Shown: positions 12,735-26,425, counted from the first letter of the whole stretch. The stretch is 63,270 nucleotides of DNA, filler included, from Octopus bimaculoides (GCF_001194135.2; 7 parts of 7 records of this genome joined end to end with filler, not necessarily neighbours in it), one strand, 5' to 3'. The notes: a model not told the origin generated them from the sequence alone. Translations and numbers: made by a program.

Positions 12735-13331
12735 TAAAGTTTCAAAGTTTTTAAAGATGATCGTTTGTATATTCGGTGAGAGAAAATTGAGGATATGTAA
12801 GATTTTCAACTTATTTTGGGGAAAATTTTTGTTGTGCGTTTAATCGTGTTGTTGGAATGAAAGGTATGTTTTATCGTGCGTTTAATAGTGTTGCAATAAA
12901 AGCTACGTTTTCATATTCGAGTAATCAAGGAGAAAAGAAGGGCAAACATTTCACAGAGAATTGTTTTTTTAATTTTCTAATAAAGATCGTTCGTGTGTTC
13001 GACCAGAAGGAACTGTAGTGTCTTTGTATTAAAAGGATGTTTACATTTTCGAATATTCAGGAAAGGACAGGTATTCACAGAAAGTTGTCGGTATTAAAGT
13101 TTCAAAGTTTTTGAAGATGATCGTTTTTGTGTTCGGCCAAAGAAAATTGTGGATATGCAAGATTTTCAACTTGTTTTGAAGGAAATTTAAAATACTGACA
13201 GCTAGATTTTCACAGCAAAATACTCACAGCTATTTTTCATAAAAAAAATTTTCACAGAGAATTGTAGTTATTAAAGTTTTTTTTTAATTTTCTAATGATG
13301 ATCGTTTGTGTGCTCAGCCAGAGGGAACTGT
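12735..13331. repeat. Diverged complex tandem repeat
   Basis: A 94-bp block recurs at offset 360 (12735 and 13095) and a second block at offset about 301-313. The GATCGTT(T/C)-like core occurs four times. Confidence 0.8.
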
Positions 13332-13343
13332 ATTACTATTATT

Positions 13344-14007
13344 GTTCAGTAGTTTTATTTTTATAACGTGCTTTCACTTCACTACCGAGCGCAGCTCTGT
13401 GTGCCTTGGGTATGTGCTGTGGTTTGCTGTGATGCTCTTATGGTTACTGTATTGAAAGTGTTTTGCGTAGGATGTGTGCAGTGCCCAGTAGTGCAATTTT
13501 CTGTATGTTATATATATTTGTAAGTCCTGGTGCTTTTGTTATGTATTTATCTGAATATTTTTTTTATTATACCTAAGGCACCTACTATGATAGGAATTGT
13601 TTCTGTTTTTAGATTCTACATTCGAGTTACCTCTATTTCCAGGTCTTTGTATTTTAAAAGTTTCTCCATTTCTCTTAGGGAAACGTTGTCATCTGCTGGT
13701 ATTGATACATCAATTAGAAAGCATTTTTTTTTCTTCATGATCTTTGACAACTATATCTGGTCTATTTGCCTTAATTTCTCTATCTGTGTGTATTGGCATA
13801 TCCCAGAATATGGTTGCTTTCTCGTTTTCTGTGACCTTTTTTGGCGTGTGTTTGTTTATACTATCTTTTTTGTGTTATATAGGTCCCAGCTCTGTCGTGT
13901 CTGTGAATATATTCCTTCTTAGCCAGGACCTGGGCAGCCAGAGATAATATGGTTTATTGTTTCTTGTCCATCTCCACATATTCTACAGTTACTTGTTATG
14001 TTTCTTT

Positions 14008-14009
<2 letters not shown>
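13344..14009 (-). mobile_element. Dong/R4-clade LINE 3' end (CCHC zinc knuckle + restriction-like endonuclease + 3' UTR)
   Basis: Minus strand with frameshifts: CRICGDGQETINHIISGC; WDMPIHTDREIKANRPDIVVKD...LIDVSIPADDNVSLREMEKL...GTAHILRKTLSIQ* (stop 13444-13446). Flanked by a TAA array (14010-14102) and TAA-like bases (13331-13343). Confidence 0.9.

Positions 14010-14102
<93 letters not shown>
14010..14102. repeat. (TTA)n microsatellite, about 30 units
   Basis: Direct inspection; abuts the truncated 5' end of the Dong/R4 fragment. Confidence 0.95.
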
Positions 14103-14103
<1 letters not shown>

Positions 14104-14784
14104 GGTGCTGAGCTGTGAAGGAGCGTTTTTGTTATTTTTGACAGCTCTAACAATTCTGGTAAACATTTCCGTTTAAAGTGAATATTTATAGCCGACATAT
14201 GTAAATAAATAAATGAAAGAATCTCTTTGTCACAAGTCACAAAAAATATTGATATAATGAAATAAAAAGAAAACTTATGTTCGAAAACAACAGCATACAC
14301 GCATAAGCTTCGGTGATTTCTACTTTTTGTAATGTAGCTAGTAACACACAAAAATCACTTATAGGAGAGTTAACTAATAAAACCTCAAAATACCAGAGCT
14401 GGATGATCAAGCAAAGCGAGTATCTTCCTGACCCCTTTATGAGAGTGTTGAACTCTCACTCGGGTAACCGGAGTTTTTGATGTACCAGCAAAGCAACAAT
14501 TATTTGTAGAGCTTGCCAATGTAAGGCGGAACATTAAACTCACTAGGCCAAGATAAAGTGCACCGGTCACATGCTTACATTTCAAGAATGAGGAAACATA
14601 ACAAAACAAGTTAAACAAGTCTGTTAAATACGGATATTAATCCATGAACACTATAAAGCCTTTCCAAAACTGTTTCCAGTTTTGATACGAAATGTGTTGG
14701 GGCAATGAAATTAGTTCTTTGTGGTAGACAGCCGAGTTGTTATACGTGCGATAATGAAATAACCTAAATGTTTTCAGCCTGCAG

Positions 14785-15110
14785 AATTAGGAAATGTATC
14801 AGTTCAAATCCTGTTGATGTTAAGTTTGCCTTTAGACCACTCAGGGTCGATAAAACAAAGTACCGATCAAATTCTGGCGTCGATCTACTGGGCCAACTCG
14901 GCCAACTCGGCCTTCTAAATTCTTTGGTTCTATGCTTGTGTTAGAAAGAATTATTGCTGGCAGGTTAGCAAAATCCTTAATAAATGGAAAATATACCTTG
15001 TGATATTTTTTTTCCGGTTGTTAACCTGATTTCAAATCACGCCGAGGTCAACTTTGCCATTCTTCCTTCTGAGGTCAATAAAATAAAGTATCAGTCAATT
15101 GCTGAGATTT
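14785..15110 (+). mobile_element. Two tandem, old SINE family B fragments
   Basis: GTTCAAATCC...TTTGCCTTT...GGGTCGATAAAA.AAAGTACC and TTTCAAATCACGCCGAGGTCAACTTTGCC. Confidence 0.6.
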
Positions 15111-15164
15111 GTACCATCAAACACCATGTATCTAAATTGATAGATCATTACTGAAATTATTTCT

Positions 15165-15373
15165 AATTATTGGCACAAAGACAGCAATCTTGAGAAGCGA
15201 AATCGATAACATCCACTCCAGAGCTCACATGGTATTTATTTTATCGATCTCAAAATGATGAAAGGCAAAGTCGACTTCGGTGTGAGTTGAACTTAGAAAG
15301 CAAAGAACCGAAAGAAGTATCAAATAAGAACTTTTGGCCGGCCTGCTAACGATTTCGCCAGCTCATCACCTTA
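15165..15373 (-). mobile_element. SINE family B (diverged)
   Basis: GGCACAAAG, GATGAAAGGCAAAGTCGAC, GCTAACGATTTCGCCAGCTC. Confidence 0.78.
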
Positions 15374-17235
15374 GCCTACTACTTACGTTAGAAATATTTA
15401 TAAAAACACTGAGCTGTATCGATCGTTAGTTAGTCGAAAAAGTCAAAGTAGTTTTCTAGGCTCTATATTTTCTCAGCTCAAATATCACCAAGGCACACTG
15501 TCATCTATATCTCTGGAGTCCAACCAGTACCCACTCCTTTCCTTGAAAAAATGTTGACCTGGTTCCTAAATAAGAAAGAGCTATTCCCCGTAGTAATATA
15601 ATTGTTCTTTGCCCATATAACATTAAGTGACGTTAATGTTTTGTACATATTCATTTTCATTATTTACTTTCTGTTTATGGATATCAATATTGCTGATAAG
15701 CTAATTTTTCTATTAACGAATGAAATGAACGAATAATTTATTATTTGAACCTATCAGAGCTTGCGTGTTTAACAAAAATATCTGCAGTAATTTCACCAAT
15801 AATGCATTATCAGTTATCCCACTTGTGAGATCTCTGCTTCACTGAATCTCTGTAAACACACTACAAAAAGACAGTGAGTGTTGAAATATATTCAAACCAA
15901 ATAGGGAAAGCATTAAATCTAAACTAAATTTATAAATTTATAAATAAATAAATGAGGAAAGATCAAACAAAACTCTTAATTATATTAAGCAGTTTTCGTA
16001 AAATGAAATAAAAGCGGGCGGTAGAAGGAAATTGAGGAATGTCCTCTTCACTTGATAATATTTATGATGAATATCTAAGGTGTGATTAGATAAATTGTTA
16101 GATCGGTAGCTAGAAAGATAGGCTGACGGATAGTAAGGTACAGCATACAAACGTACATACATACATACATACATACATACATACATACATACATACATAC
16201 ATGTAAATGTATTCATATGCTTTTTGAAATAAATATACAATTCATTTTAATGTCCTATGTATTTAACTGCTTTTCAATATATNNNNNNNNNNNNNNNNNN
16301 NNNNNNNNNNNNNNNNNNNNNNNNNNNNNNNNNNNNNNNNNNNNNNNNNNNNNNNNNNNNNNNNNNNNNNNNNNNNNNNNNNNNNNNNNNNNNNNNNNNN
16401 NNNNNNNNNNNNNNNNNNNNNNNNNNNNNNNNNNNNNNNNNNNNNNNNNNNNNNNNNNNNNNNNNNNNNNNNNNNNNNNNNNNNNNNNNNNNNNNNNNNN
16501 NNNNNNNNNNNNNNNNNNNNNNNNNNNNNNNNNNNNNNNNNNNNNNNNNNNNNNNNNNNNNNNNNNNNNNNNNNNNNNNNNNNNNNNNNNNNNNNNNNNN
16601 NNNNNNNNNNNNNNNNNNNNNNNNNNNNNNNNNNNNNNNNNNNNNNNNNNNNNNNNNNNNNNNNNNNNNNNNNNNNNNNNNNNNNNNNNNNNNNNNNNNN
16701 NNNNNNNNNNNNNNNNNNNNNNNNNNNNNNATATATATATATATATATATATATACATACATATATATATATATGTATGTATATATATATTAATGATTGT
16801 CCGTGTACGTATAATGACAGATAAACATAAATATACATATATATATACGTGCGTATCCATGAATATATGCCATATGTGTATATTCGTTAATGCTTGGGAG
16901 GATTAATATTTGAAAGAACTAAAATCGAATGATTACTTTATTCACAATTTGCAAATTAATCCCGTCCTACAAAACTATCATTTCATAACATTTATTACCA
17001 ATAACAGCAATAAACGTCAGGAAATGACCCTAAGAAATAATGGAAAGAGATAAAAACGTCTATCGAAAAAATTATATTTTAAAGTGTTCATAGAATACAA
17101 GGCTTTAACGAGGTATTATTATAATTTAGATACCTGAATGGCGTTATTTAAGTACACGTTATGGTTAGTTGAATTAACCTACACCAGAATGCTTTCTGAT
17201 TTACGCATAGAGCCACCAGTTTTCAGGAAAAGATG

Positions 17236-17340
17236 TTAGTTGATTTTATCGACACCAGTACTAGACTCGTACTTTATTTTACCGATCCTTAAAGGATTAA
17301 CTGCAAAGTTGACCTCGGTGGCTTTTGAACACAAAACAAA
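17236..17340 (-). mobile_element. SINE family B fragment
   Basis: ATCGACACCAGTAC...GCAAAGTTGACCTCGGTGG..TTTGAAC. Confidence 0.6.
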
Positions 17341-18238
17341 GTTCCAGAACGCTCTTAGGGTTGCATTTAATGGCTATAAATTTTATTCTAGTTCGGCAGT
17401 TAACTTAACAAAGCTGCATTCGATAGTATACAAGCTGTCTGAATCGACTCAACCGATTTATAAGACAAATCAGTCAGTAATATTGTCGTTGGGTAGTCAC
17501 GAAGTTGGACGAGGATATTCTTCAAAACCAGTAGCACAGTTTTATCGTTAGGAGTGTAAAGGAGGCTTGGTGTAATGCGGTACTGATATTTATCTTAGTC
17601 TCTATGAAGTATGTATCATATTTGGCACGGGCAGCTAAAACGATACTCATCAGATATTGCATATCAGCTGCATTGTGGTGCTCACAGTTTCAAAAAGCTT
17701 GAAGATTTAAATCGTGTCCAAGCTAAACAGCGGAGAAATTTTACTGATTGGTTTCAAATCGTCGGTTCTACCAAGTTGCTATTGTCTCTACAAATTCCAC
17801 AGAGCCAATCGACCGCTTTCAGTTTCTTTTCATTGCAATTTTCGAACAATAGCTTTGGTGGTTACAAGTTTTTAATATTCCAATAGCTACTTAACAGTAT
17901 TTGCAGAAGAGAAAAGAACAATGAGTTGTCTTCGCAAAATGGTCGGAACAAATATCTCCAGGGATCTAACAAATTTAAGGCTAAAGAGGATTCTCTGTAT
18001 GTACGAACAGTTTGACCATCAATCGTTCTTAGGAAGGAGAAGGAAGTCGGTCCTCTTATTTTATGATGAAGCAGCCCCAAAAGAAACATCCATGGTGACT
18101 CGGATGCACAGAATAACCTCTTCTGATTGTCAAGTCAAATAGTTTTATACTTGGCTGACCCTCAACGTCAGCTCATCTTTTTCTTATAGCAGTATAAAGT
18201 AATAGAAGTTATTACTGTTATACAAAGACACACAGACA

Positions 18239-18269
<31 letters not shown>

Positions 18270-18534
18270 TCACACGCACGCACGCACGCACGCACAGACA
18301 CAACGACACCTGTGTTATTAATATATGTCGTTATATTACACATATGGCACACCTACAGAAATGTGCCCTATCGAATTTGTTTCTTCCTATGTTTAGGGCA
18401 AATGGGTATTTTCAAATGAAAAGTTGTGCAAATGTGCTGAAGGGAGCATATTAATTCTGATGTGGAATACGTGAATCAAAGGAAAAATGTTGGAGTGAAA
18501 TCTAAGTTACGGTTTCTATTCTGAAGGTATTCTT

Positions 18535-18598
18535 TTACTTTTATTCTTTTACTTGTTTCAGTAGTGTAACTGCGGCGATGCCGGAGCACCGCCTTAAA
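18535..18598 (-). mobile_element. SINE family A, 3' tail fragment
   Basis: CTTTTACTTGTTTCAGT...GGAGCACCGCCTT. Confidence 0.7.
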
Positions 18599-18862
18599 TA
18601 TGCAGGCAATAAAATGAAAGTGATCTTCAACAGTTTCTATTGTGAAGGTAGGTAGCGAAGAAAGAAAACTGATCTTCTACAGATATAAATATAGAACGAG
18701 TGTAAAATAATAATACTTACTTATAATACTTATAGCAATATGAAGTAATGGAGCTTATTACAGTAATACACACCCCACCACACATACATGTTATTATCTG
18801 AGTCATTAGATTACACATATGGCATGTTCCTTAGGCAGGTTATTATTTTTAATATGGTTTAA

Positions 18863-20428
18863 TCTGGTTTCCCAGCAATCCTCCCCAAATCGTGCAAACG
18901 TGCCTTGGCAAAACCACTACAGATTCTCCTCCAGAGTTTTCTTGCAAATGGCAAGCTGCCAAGAAAACTGAAGGAGGGATTAATATGCCCAATCCATAAA
19001 GGAGGAAGCAGAGCAGATGCCCAAAATTATAGGCCTATCTCTCTGACTTCCTATATCAGCAAAGTCATGGAACGAATAGTCAGAGGGAAGCTAATCGCAT
19101 TCCTTGGAGTGATACCCAGCATGGTTTTCGACCAGCTAGGAGCTGCTTGACACAATTCCTACAGCACTATGACTGGGTGTTGAAGCAGTTACTCCACAAC
19201 TCAAATGTGGTCTAATATACCTTGAGTTTGCAAAAACTTTTGATAAATTCGATCATGGTATGATATGCAACAAACTGCGCGATTTTGGCATAGCTGGAAA
19301 AACTGGAGAGGGGTTACATGACTTTCTGAAAGACAGAGGTCAAGTAGTGGTGGCTAAAGGAGCCACCTCAAAGGTAACACAAGTAATGAGTGGCGTTCCA
19401 CGGGGCAATGTCTTGGGACTACTGCTTTTCATTATAGCCCTCTCAGATATGCCCTTAGCTGCCTGGATAGCCACCCTTGCTAGCTACGCAGGCGATACGA
19501 AAATCTCACAGAAAATACAAAACCTTAACGATGGTGCACGCCTGCAGCAGGAGTTGGACGCAATTTACAGATGGGCTGAGGACAATAATATGCAGTTTAA
19601 TGCCGGAAAATTCCAGGCCCTGTGTTACTTGCGCCCCAAACTGAACAGGTACTGACCCAGTGGGGATTCCAATCCCTGAACCTAAATCAGTGCGTTACCT
19701 GGGTATCGGCATGAGTGATGATACCTCTTTCCAAGTGCACATTACCAATATGGTGACAACGTGTAGACAGCTGGCTGGCTGGATCCTGAGAACATTCAAC
19801 ACCAGGGAGAAGGAAACCATGATAGTCGTCTGGAGGATATTCGCCCTCAGCCGCCTAGACTACTGCTCCCAACTATGGCGACCCCAAAGTGTAAAATTAA
19901 CAGCTGACCTTGAAGCAGCCCAGCGAAGCTTCACAAAGAATACCGTCTCATTGCAACAGGCTGAGAAAGGCTGAAACAGCTAAGACTCTACTACCTGGAG
20001 CGAAGTTAGGAGAGATATCCAGTAATATACATCTAGAAGATACTTGAAGGGATTGTGTCAAATTTTGGCATTGAAAGCTACCCAAGTGCCAGAGTGGGTC
20101 GCCACTGCACAGTGCCAAAGATCCCAACAATGCCGTCTCGCTCCAGGACAATTACTGCAGCAGCCTGGGTTTCAAGGATCCACAGTTTTTAATATTTTCC
20201 CAAAGAGCCTGAGGAACCTATACAAAGTGGATGTAGGTGTTTTCAAAACAAAACTGAATCTCTTCCTGTTGAGAGTCTCAGATGAACCTACCTAATGCGG
20301 GCAGCGATATCAAACTCCCGTATTCACCAAATGCCACATATCAGAAGGGGTTTTCAATAATAACAGTGTAGCGTAACGGTGGTGCACCAGCATGGCTGTA
20401 GCTTTGAGCTGAAACTGATGAAAAAAAA
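18863..20428 (+). mobile_element. 5'-truncated CR1-clade LINE (RT, C-terminus, 3' UTR, A-rich tail), decayed
   Basis: PIHKGGSRADAQNYRPISLTS; SGVPRGNVLGLLLF; YAGDTK (decayed YADD); KFQAL; VRYLGI; SRLDYCSQLW. Several frameshifts and stops; ends in an A run at 20421-20428. Confidence 0.92.
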
Positions 20429-20989
20429 GTGGTATGTTAATCCGATAAAAATTATACCCTTTAGACCCTTCATTTATTTATTAACTTGGACGTGGAATAT
20501 AAAAATTATATCTCTTAGACCCTTCATTTATTTTTGAAATGTCATTTTGTACTTGTTGGAAAAGGGCCAATAGCTCACTTCAGAAGGCCGCAAAAGACTC
20601 GGGGTCACTTCCATTGTCTTCATCGTGAAATTTTACACAAGAGATAGCTTTTGGTTTTTATATCCACGCTGTAGATTTTCTTTCTATAGGGGGACAGCCA
20701 CAGATAGACACACAGACACACACTCACACACAAAGGCGCGCACACACACACTCACACACAAAGGCGCGCGCACACACACACACACATCCATTCTTATCAT
20801 ATATATATATANNNNNNNNNNNNNNNNNNNNNNNNNNNNNNNNNNNNNNNNNNNNNNNNNNNNNNNNNNNNNNNNNNNNNNNNNNNNNNNNNNNNNNNNN
20901 NNNNNNNNNNNNNNNNNNNNNNNNNNNNNNNNNNNNNNNNNNNNNNNNNNNNNNNNNNNNTGTAGACGGAAACTGGAAGAAGCCCGTCG

Positions 20990-21022
<33 letters not shown>

Positions 21023-21507
21023 GCCAGTTGATGATACTGAACGTAAAAGGTCACGTACCTAATTAATTTTTAACACACTTTAGGTGAGATGATTGAACGT
21101 TTGTGAAGACACAACGATGCACAAGAGGAAAGTTTTATTAGAAATATTCATAACGCAAAACTACAAATAGAGGACATGCATATTTTCAAATCGTTGAAAG
21201 TGATCTCCTGCTCAGTAAATGAAATGCATAATTTTAGTTGTTTGATTATGAGACAGCGTTTTCGTCAGAGAAATCTCAAATAAAAGTGAAGACCTTTCAG
21301 TTGTGAGCGGCTTTCATATATAACTAATAATCTTTCAGGGTGAACGGTTTTGTGACGTATGTCACTCATATGAACGCACAGTGAATCACTAGATTGAAAC
21401 TTTTTATATAACAGAATAAAAGTGAGCAGTAGATCAGAGAGGGAAAGAGAAATAAGCTGAGAGAATGGCATGGATAGATAAATTGATGTGTTTATGTGCC
21501 TGTGTGG

Positions 21508-21565
<58 letters not shown>

Positions 21566-21824
21566 CATATAAAATTGTGTGCATATGCATATATGTATAT
21601 GTGGATGTATATATATATATACATGTATATATATATATATATAAGCAGATAGATAGATAGATAGATACACAGACAGATAGATAGATATTAATACACTCGC
21701 ATGCACACACGGGCATTACATTGAAAAGAATGAACTCAGATACGAGAGGTGAAGAAAACTGCTCACCCACCGACATTGAACTACGTATCCGAGATTGTTC
21801 TTGTTAATTTATTATTTATACGTA

Positions 21825-22598
21825 CAACGTGGGACGGAGAGGACGGACGTTTTTGAAAAAAATCACAAAATCATTAATTTTCGTTGCAAACAAATTTTAT
21901 TGATATCAATGTGTTTATTTTGTATTAGGAATTAGCATTTGTCAAAACCAAGTGTGAAAAACAACATCCATCATATGGTGTCCGTTTTCAATGATGCACT
22001 TTTGAAGGCCTTCTTGAAAGATGGCCTCCGCTCTCTCCGGTGTAGCTCGGTGCATAGTCCCATGGTTTTAACTGTTGCCTAATGACCAATTTGTACGGGT
22101 AAAAATGCAGGTCTTCATGGAAAATACGCCTTACCGATCAATTACCGATACGAAGTTCAGTGGAAAACCTCCGACCAGTGCGGTTCGGACTCGGTATCAT
22201 AGCTTGTCTGACGCATTCCATATGTTCCGTTGAACCGTACAGTTCGTAACGCCTCCGCTGTCTCTTATTCATTAGTGTACCTCGTGCACGATGTGTATTC
22301 ACCCAATGTAAGCTTGTGTTACGGGTGGGAACAGTCTGATTTCTGTGAATGCTGAAGTGTCGCCGAAACTCACGTAGAACTGCTGTGACACACTCATTAT
22401 TCTTCACGTAATTGTTATGAGCAAACACACGATGCTCTATCGTCCACTGCGCTATGACTTCTCCTGAAAAAAACATTAAAAAAAAAGAAAATGCTAGGGC
22501 ACTACGAACCGAAGAATGGTACCTGTCGGACAAATGTCCCTCTCCATGAGGCTGACTAATAGTTATTTCAGAAACGTCCGTCCTCTCTGCCCGGCCTG
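21825..22598 (-). mobile_element. Internally deleted Tc1/mariner-superfamily transposon with both TIRs
   Basis: TIRs share GAGAGGACGGACGTTT(T/C)TGAAA (about 21825-21858 and 22566-22598); TA on the left, TG on the right. N-terminal transposase QWTIEHRVF...REFRRHFSIHRNQTVPTRN joins a C-terminal QKCIIENGHHMMDVVF; the catalytic domain is missing. Confidence 0.85.
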
Positions 22599-23606
22599 TG
22601 TTTGATAAGCAGATATTTCAGTGTAAACATGCGTTAAATCTATACGTGTGTGTGTGTGTGTGCCACCCTTAGAAATGAACTATGAGACTGACAGGGTGAG
22701 TTAATGTTTTTTTAACCTCGGCGACGAAATAATAGATCACTGATGAATACTGATCAAATCTGAAATCATGCCTGATATGATTCCGTCTCACTTTTCAGTC
22801 GTTAGAGGAGTGCTCTCACATGGCTAAGAATTATTTTGACTCTTATTTTTAGTAATACAGTCTTTCGTCTTTACACGGTGATGGCTAATAACCCTTAAGC
22901 GTATGAATTATTATCATTATTTACAGAATTGTAAAAATTGACACTACTTAGGGAAAATATATATATATATATATGTATATATCGAATGATGGAAAACCGA
23001 GCAACACCGCATTGGTAGATAACATTTCTTTATTTTTGTATTAAGAAATAAGCATCGATCCCACATGTGTGAGACACTAAACAGCTGTTTCGGGAGCTTT
23101 AGGCGGTGCAGATGTATCTCGTCGTGTGATAAATAAATAAAACTCATTAGAATAACATTTTCACAATGTAATTTATTTTTAATACTTTTCTCGCTGGATT
23201 GCGTGTTTTTTTCCTCTTTTTTACCATGTGTGATTTTATTTTTGATCTTCTATATAAATGAAGATATTTCCGCTGTCTAGCCGCTTTTCTTTATACAAAA
23301 CGAGAAGTTATATTGCAGAGCTGTTATTTTAAGGAGTTGTGTCTATTTATCATTCGACATGATACATTTACACCACCGGATGCTCCTGAATCAGTTGTTG
23401 AATGTCCTACCCATGAGGGATCGATGCTAGATCAGTTGAAACAATTGTCATGATTAATAATAAATTCTCGTACATTCCATCTTCCGTCTTTCATTTGCCA
23501 TATACATAACGATCGCTGTTAAAGTGACCGTGCTTTACCAGTAAGCTAGCAGGTGTAAACCATTCCTTTCATAATCCATTATATATGTATGTATGTATGT
23601 ATACAT

Positions 23607-23643
<37 letters not shown>

Positions 23644-23847
23644 CATACACACATACATATATGCATACATACATACATTGAGATGATATATAAAACTGAA
23701 TAAAACACGGCCTTAAAAGTTTTTCAGTATTGCAACTATAATAAATTATGATATTTCATGAAGATGATGATGATTATAGAGATTACATATCAATCAAAAC
23801 CATTATCATCATCGTCGTCATGAACCCTCTTACTCCTTCTCCTCCTA

Positions 23848-24110
<263 letters not shown>

Positions 24111-24546
24111 AAAAGTATCAGAATGATTATACTTTTTCAATATAATATCGCAATATCATGTATATATTTCTCATATATTGAAGTGATAAATATTATCTAC
24201 GATTGTTCATGCTGTCAGTCTTGCTTCTATTGAGATTTTAATCAACCCTAGAAGAAGGCTTCCTCTACTGGCTGCAAAAAATAATCTCAGTTAATCAAAG
24301 TATTTTTCTACTAACTATACTATAAAATGAATGTTTACATTCCATGTATGTACATCGGCTGCTAGAAGAATACATTGTGTGATATATGGTCGTCTCCTTG
24401 TCTCCTCACTCAGACTCATTCTTTACTTTTGTTTAGTGGTATACGATCAACTGTTCAATCGTACACATAAACATATATACACACCTAGCTAGATACACCT
24501 CACACAATCACATATATACACATATACTTATATACATATATATGTG

Positions 24547-24577
<31 letters not shown>

Positions 24578-25314
24578 NNNNNNNNNNNNNNNNNNNNNNN
24601 NNNNNNNNNNNNNNNNNNNNNTTAATTAATTAANNNNNNNNNNNNNNNNNNNNNNNNNNNNNNNNNNNNNNNNNNNNTATATATATACACATATATACAT
24701 ATATAGATTTATGCATAGACATATCTACATATATATATATTAATATATGCATATATATATATAAAAGTGTATATCTGTGTGTATGCGTGTATATATGTAT
24801 GTATGTATGTATGTATGTTTGTATGTATATTTAGTTGGTTCAAGAAACAATTAAATACGCTTTTCTTTAATCTACACTGCAACACTTTATTGATTATGTT
24901 TCCTACTTTAACATAGTGAAGTGAATAACAAGGCATTTACACACCTGATATCTCAATTACGGCTTGAATGATTATTGAAAATCCTTCAAATTTTACATTA
25001 TATATGTATGTATTGATATGCGTGTGTGAGTGTATGCATATATATNNNNNNNNNNNNNNNNNNNNNNNNNNNNNNNNNNNNNNNNNNNNNNNNNNNNNNN
25101 NNNNNNNNNNNNNNNNNNNNNNNNNNNNNNNNNNNNNNNNNNNNNNNNNNNNNNNNNNNNNNNNNNNNNNNNNNNNNNNNNNNNNNNNNNNNNNNNNNNN
25201 NNNNNNNNNNNNNNNNNNNNNNNNNNNNNNNNNNNNNNNNNNNNNNNNNNNNNNNNNNNNNNNNNNNNNNNNNNNNNNNNNNNNNNNNNNNNNNNNNNNN
25301 NNNNNNNNNNNNNN

Positions 25315-25386
<72 letters not shown>

Positions 25387-25656
25387 ATATATATATATAT
25401 AAAGATATACATATATATGTGTGTGTAAGTATACATTTGTGTATGTATGAGTGCGCGTGTATATGTATGTAATATAAATGCTTTATTTTGATATATCTTA
25501 AATGATTTTGAATAAAGATATTATTTCAATATTTTTATTTCTGAACTAAAAGCTATTTTTGTTCATGTAATTGAGTATAATTCCATTTATGCCTATATAT
25601 GTTTATGGTTGTACTAAGGTAACTGCATTGCATACCAACTGCACAAAGTATACATC

Positions 25657-25700
<44 letters not shown>

Positions 25701-25810
25701 GACGCATACACATACAGACACATATATAAATATACATGTATATAAAATTTATATATATATTATAACGTATATAATTCGTGTGTTTATGCACGTATACATA
25801 TATTAAGTCA

Positions 25811-26371
25811 AGGTTCAGGCGAGCTGTGTGGTAAGCAGTTTCCTTCACAACCACACTGTTCTGGGTTCAGTCTCACTGCATTACAGCTTTGGCAATTTTC
25901 TTCTATTATAACCCAAGATCTACCAAAACTTCAGAAGGGAAGCTTGGTAGAAGCCTGGGTTCGAGTGTGTCTGTATGTGTGTGTGTGTATGTGTGTGTGT
26001 GTGTTTGTGTGTGTGCGTGTGTGTGTGTGAATGCCCGTGATTTAGTGGTTACGTTATTCGATTCACGATCGTGAGGTCATGAGTTCGATTTCTAGTGGGA
26101 ATTTGTGTCGTTGTTCTTATTCACTCAGCCGACAAAAATGTGTTGTAGCTATTATTCAAAGGGCAAGTCATATCACATTTTGTGGCATGATGAATCTCCC
26201 TGAGAACTACAGTAAGGGAACGAGTGTTTGTCGAGAGCTCAGCCACTTGCACCTTAATTTTCCGAGCAGGCTGTTAAATTTGATTGGATCAACTGAACAA
26301 TCACCATCGTAACCGACGGAGTGCCTGCAAGATATATGTATATTTGCACATTCTGTGTGTGTGTGTGTATG

Positions 26372-26425
<54 letters not shown>

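Noticed and set aside
17611-18142. Short ORFs faintly like a LINE C-terminus (…KKLEDLNRVQAK…)
   Set aside because: Too degenerate to assign without a profile search.
23319-23453. Possible terminal coding exon (SCYFKELCLFIIRHDTFTPPDAPESVVECPTHEGSMLDQLKQLS*) with AATAAA at 23459
   Set aside because: Weak pyrimidine tract and no recognisable homology; compatible with chance.
26033-26100. tRNA-Val-like sequence
   Set aside because: The acceptor and T stems do not close and it continues into a SINE body; treated as a SINE head. The same applies to the heads of families A and B.
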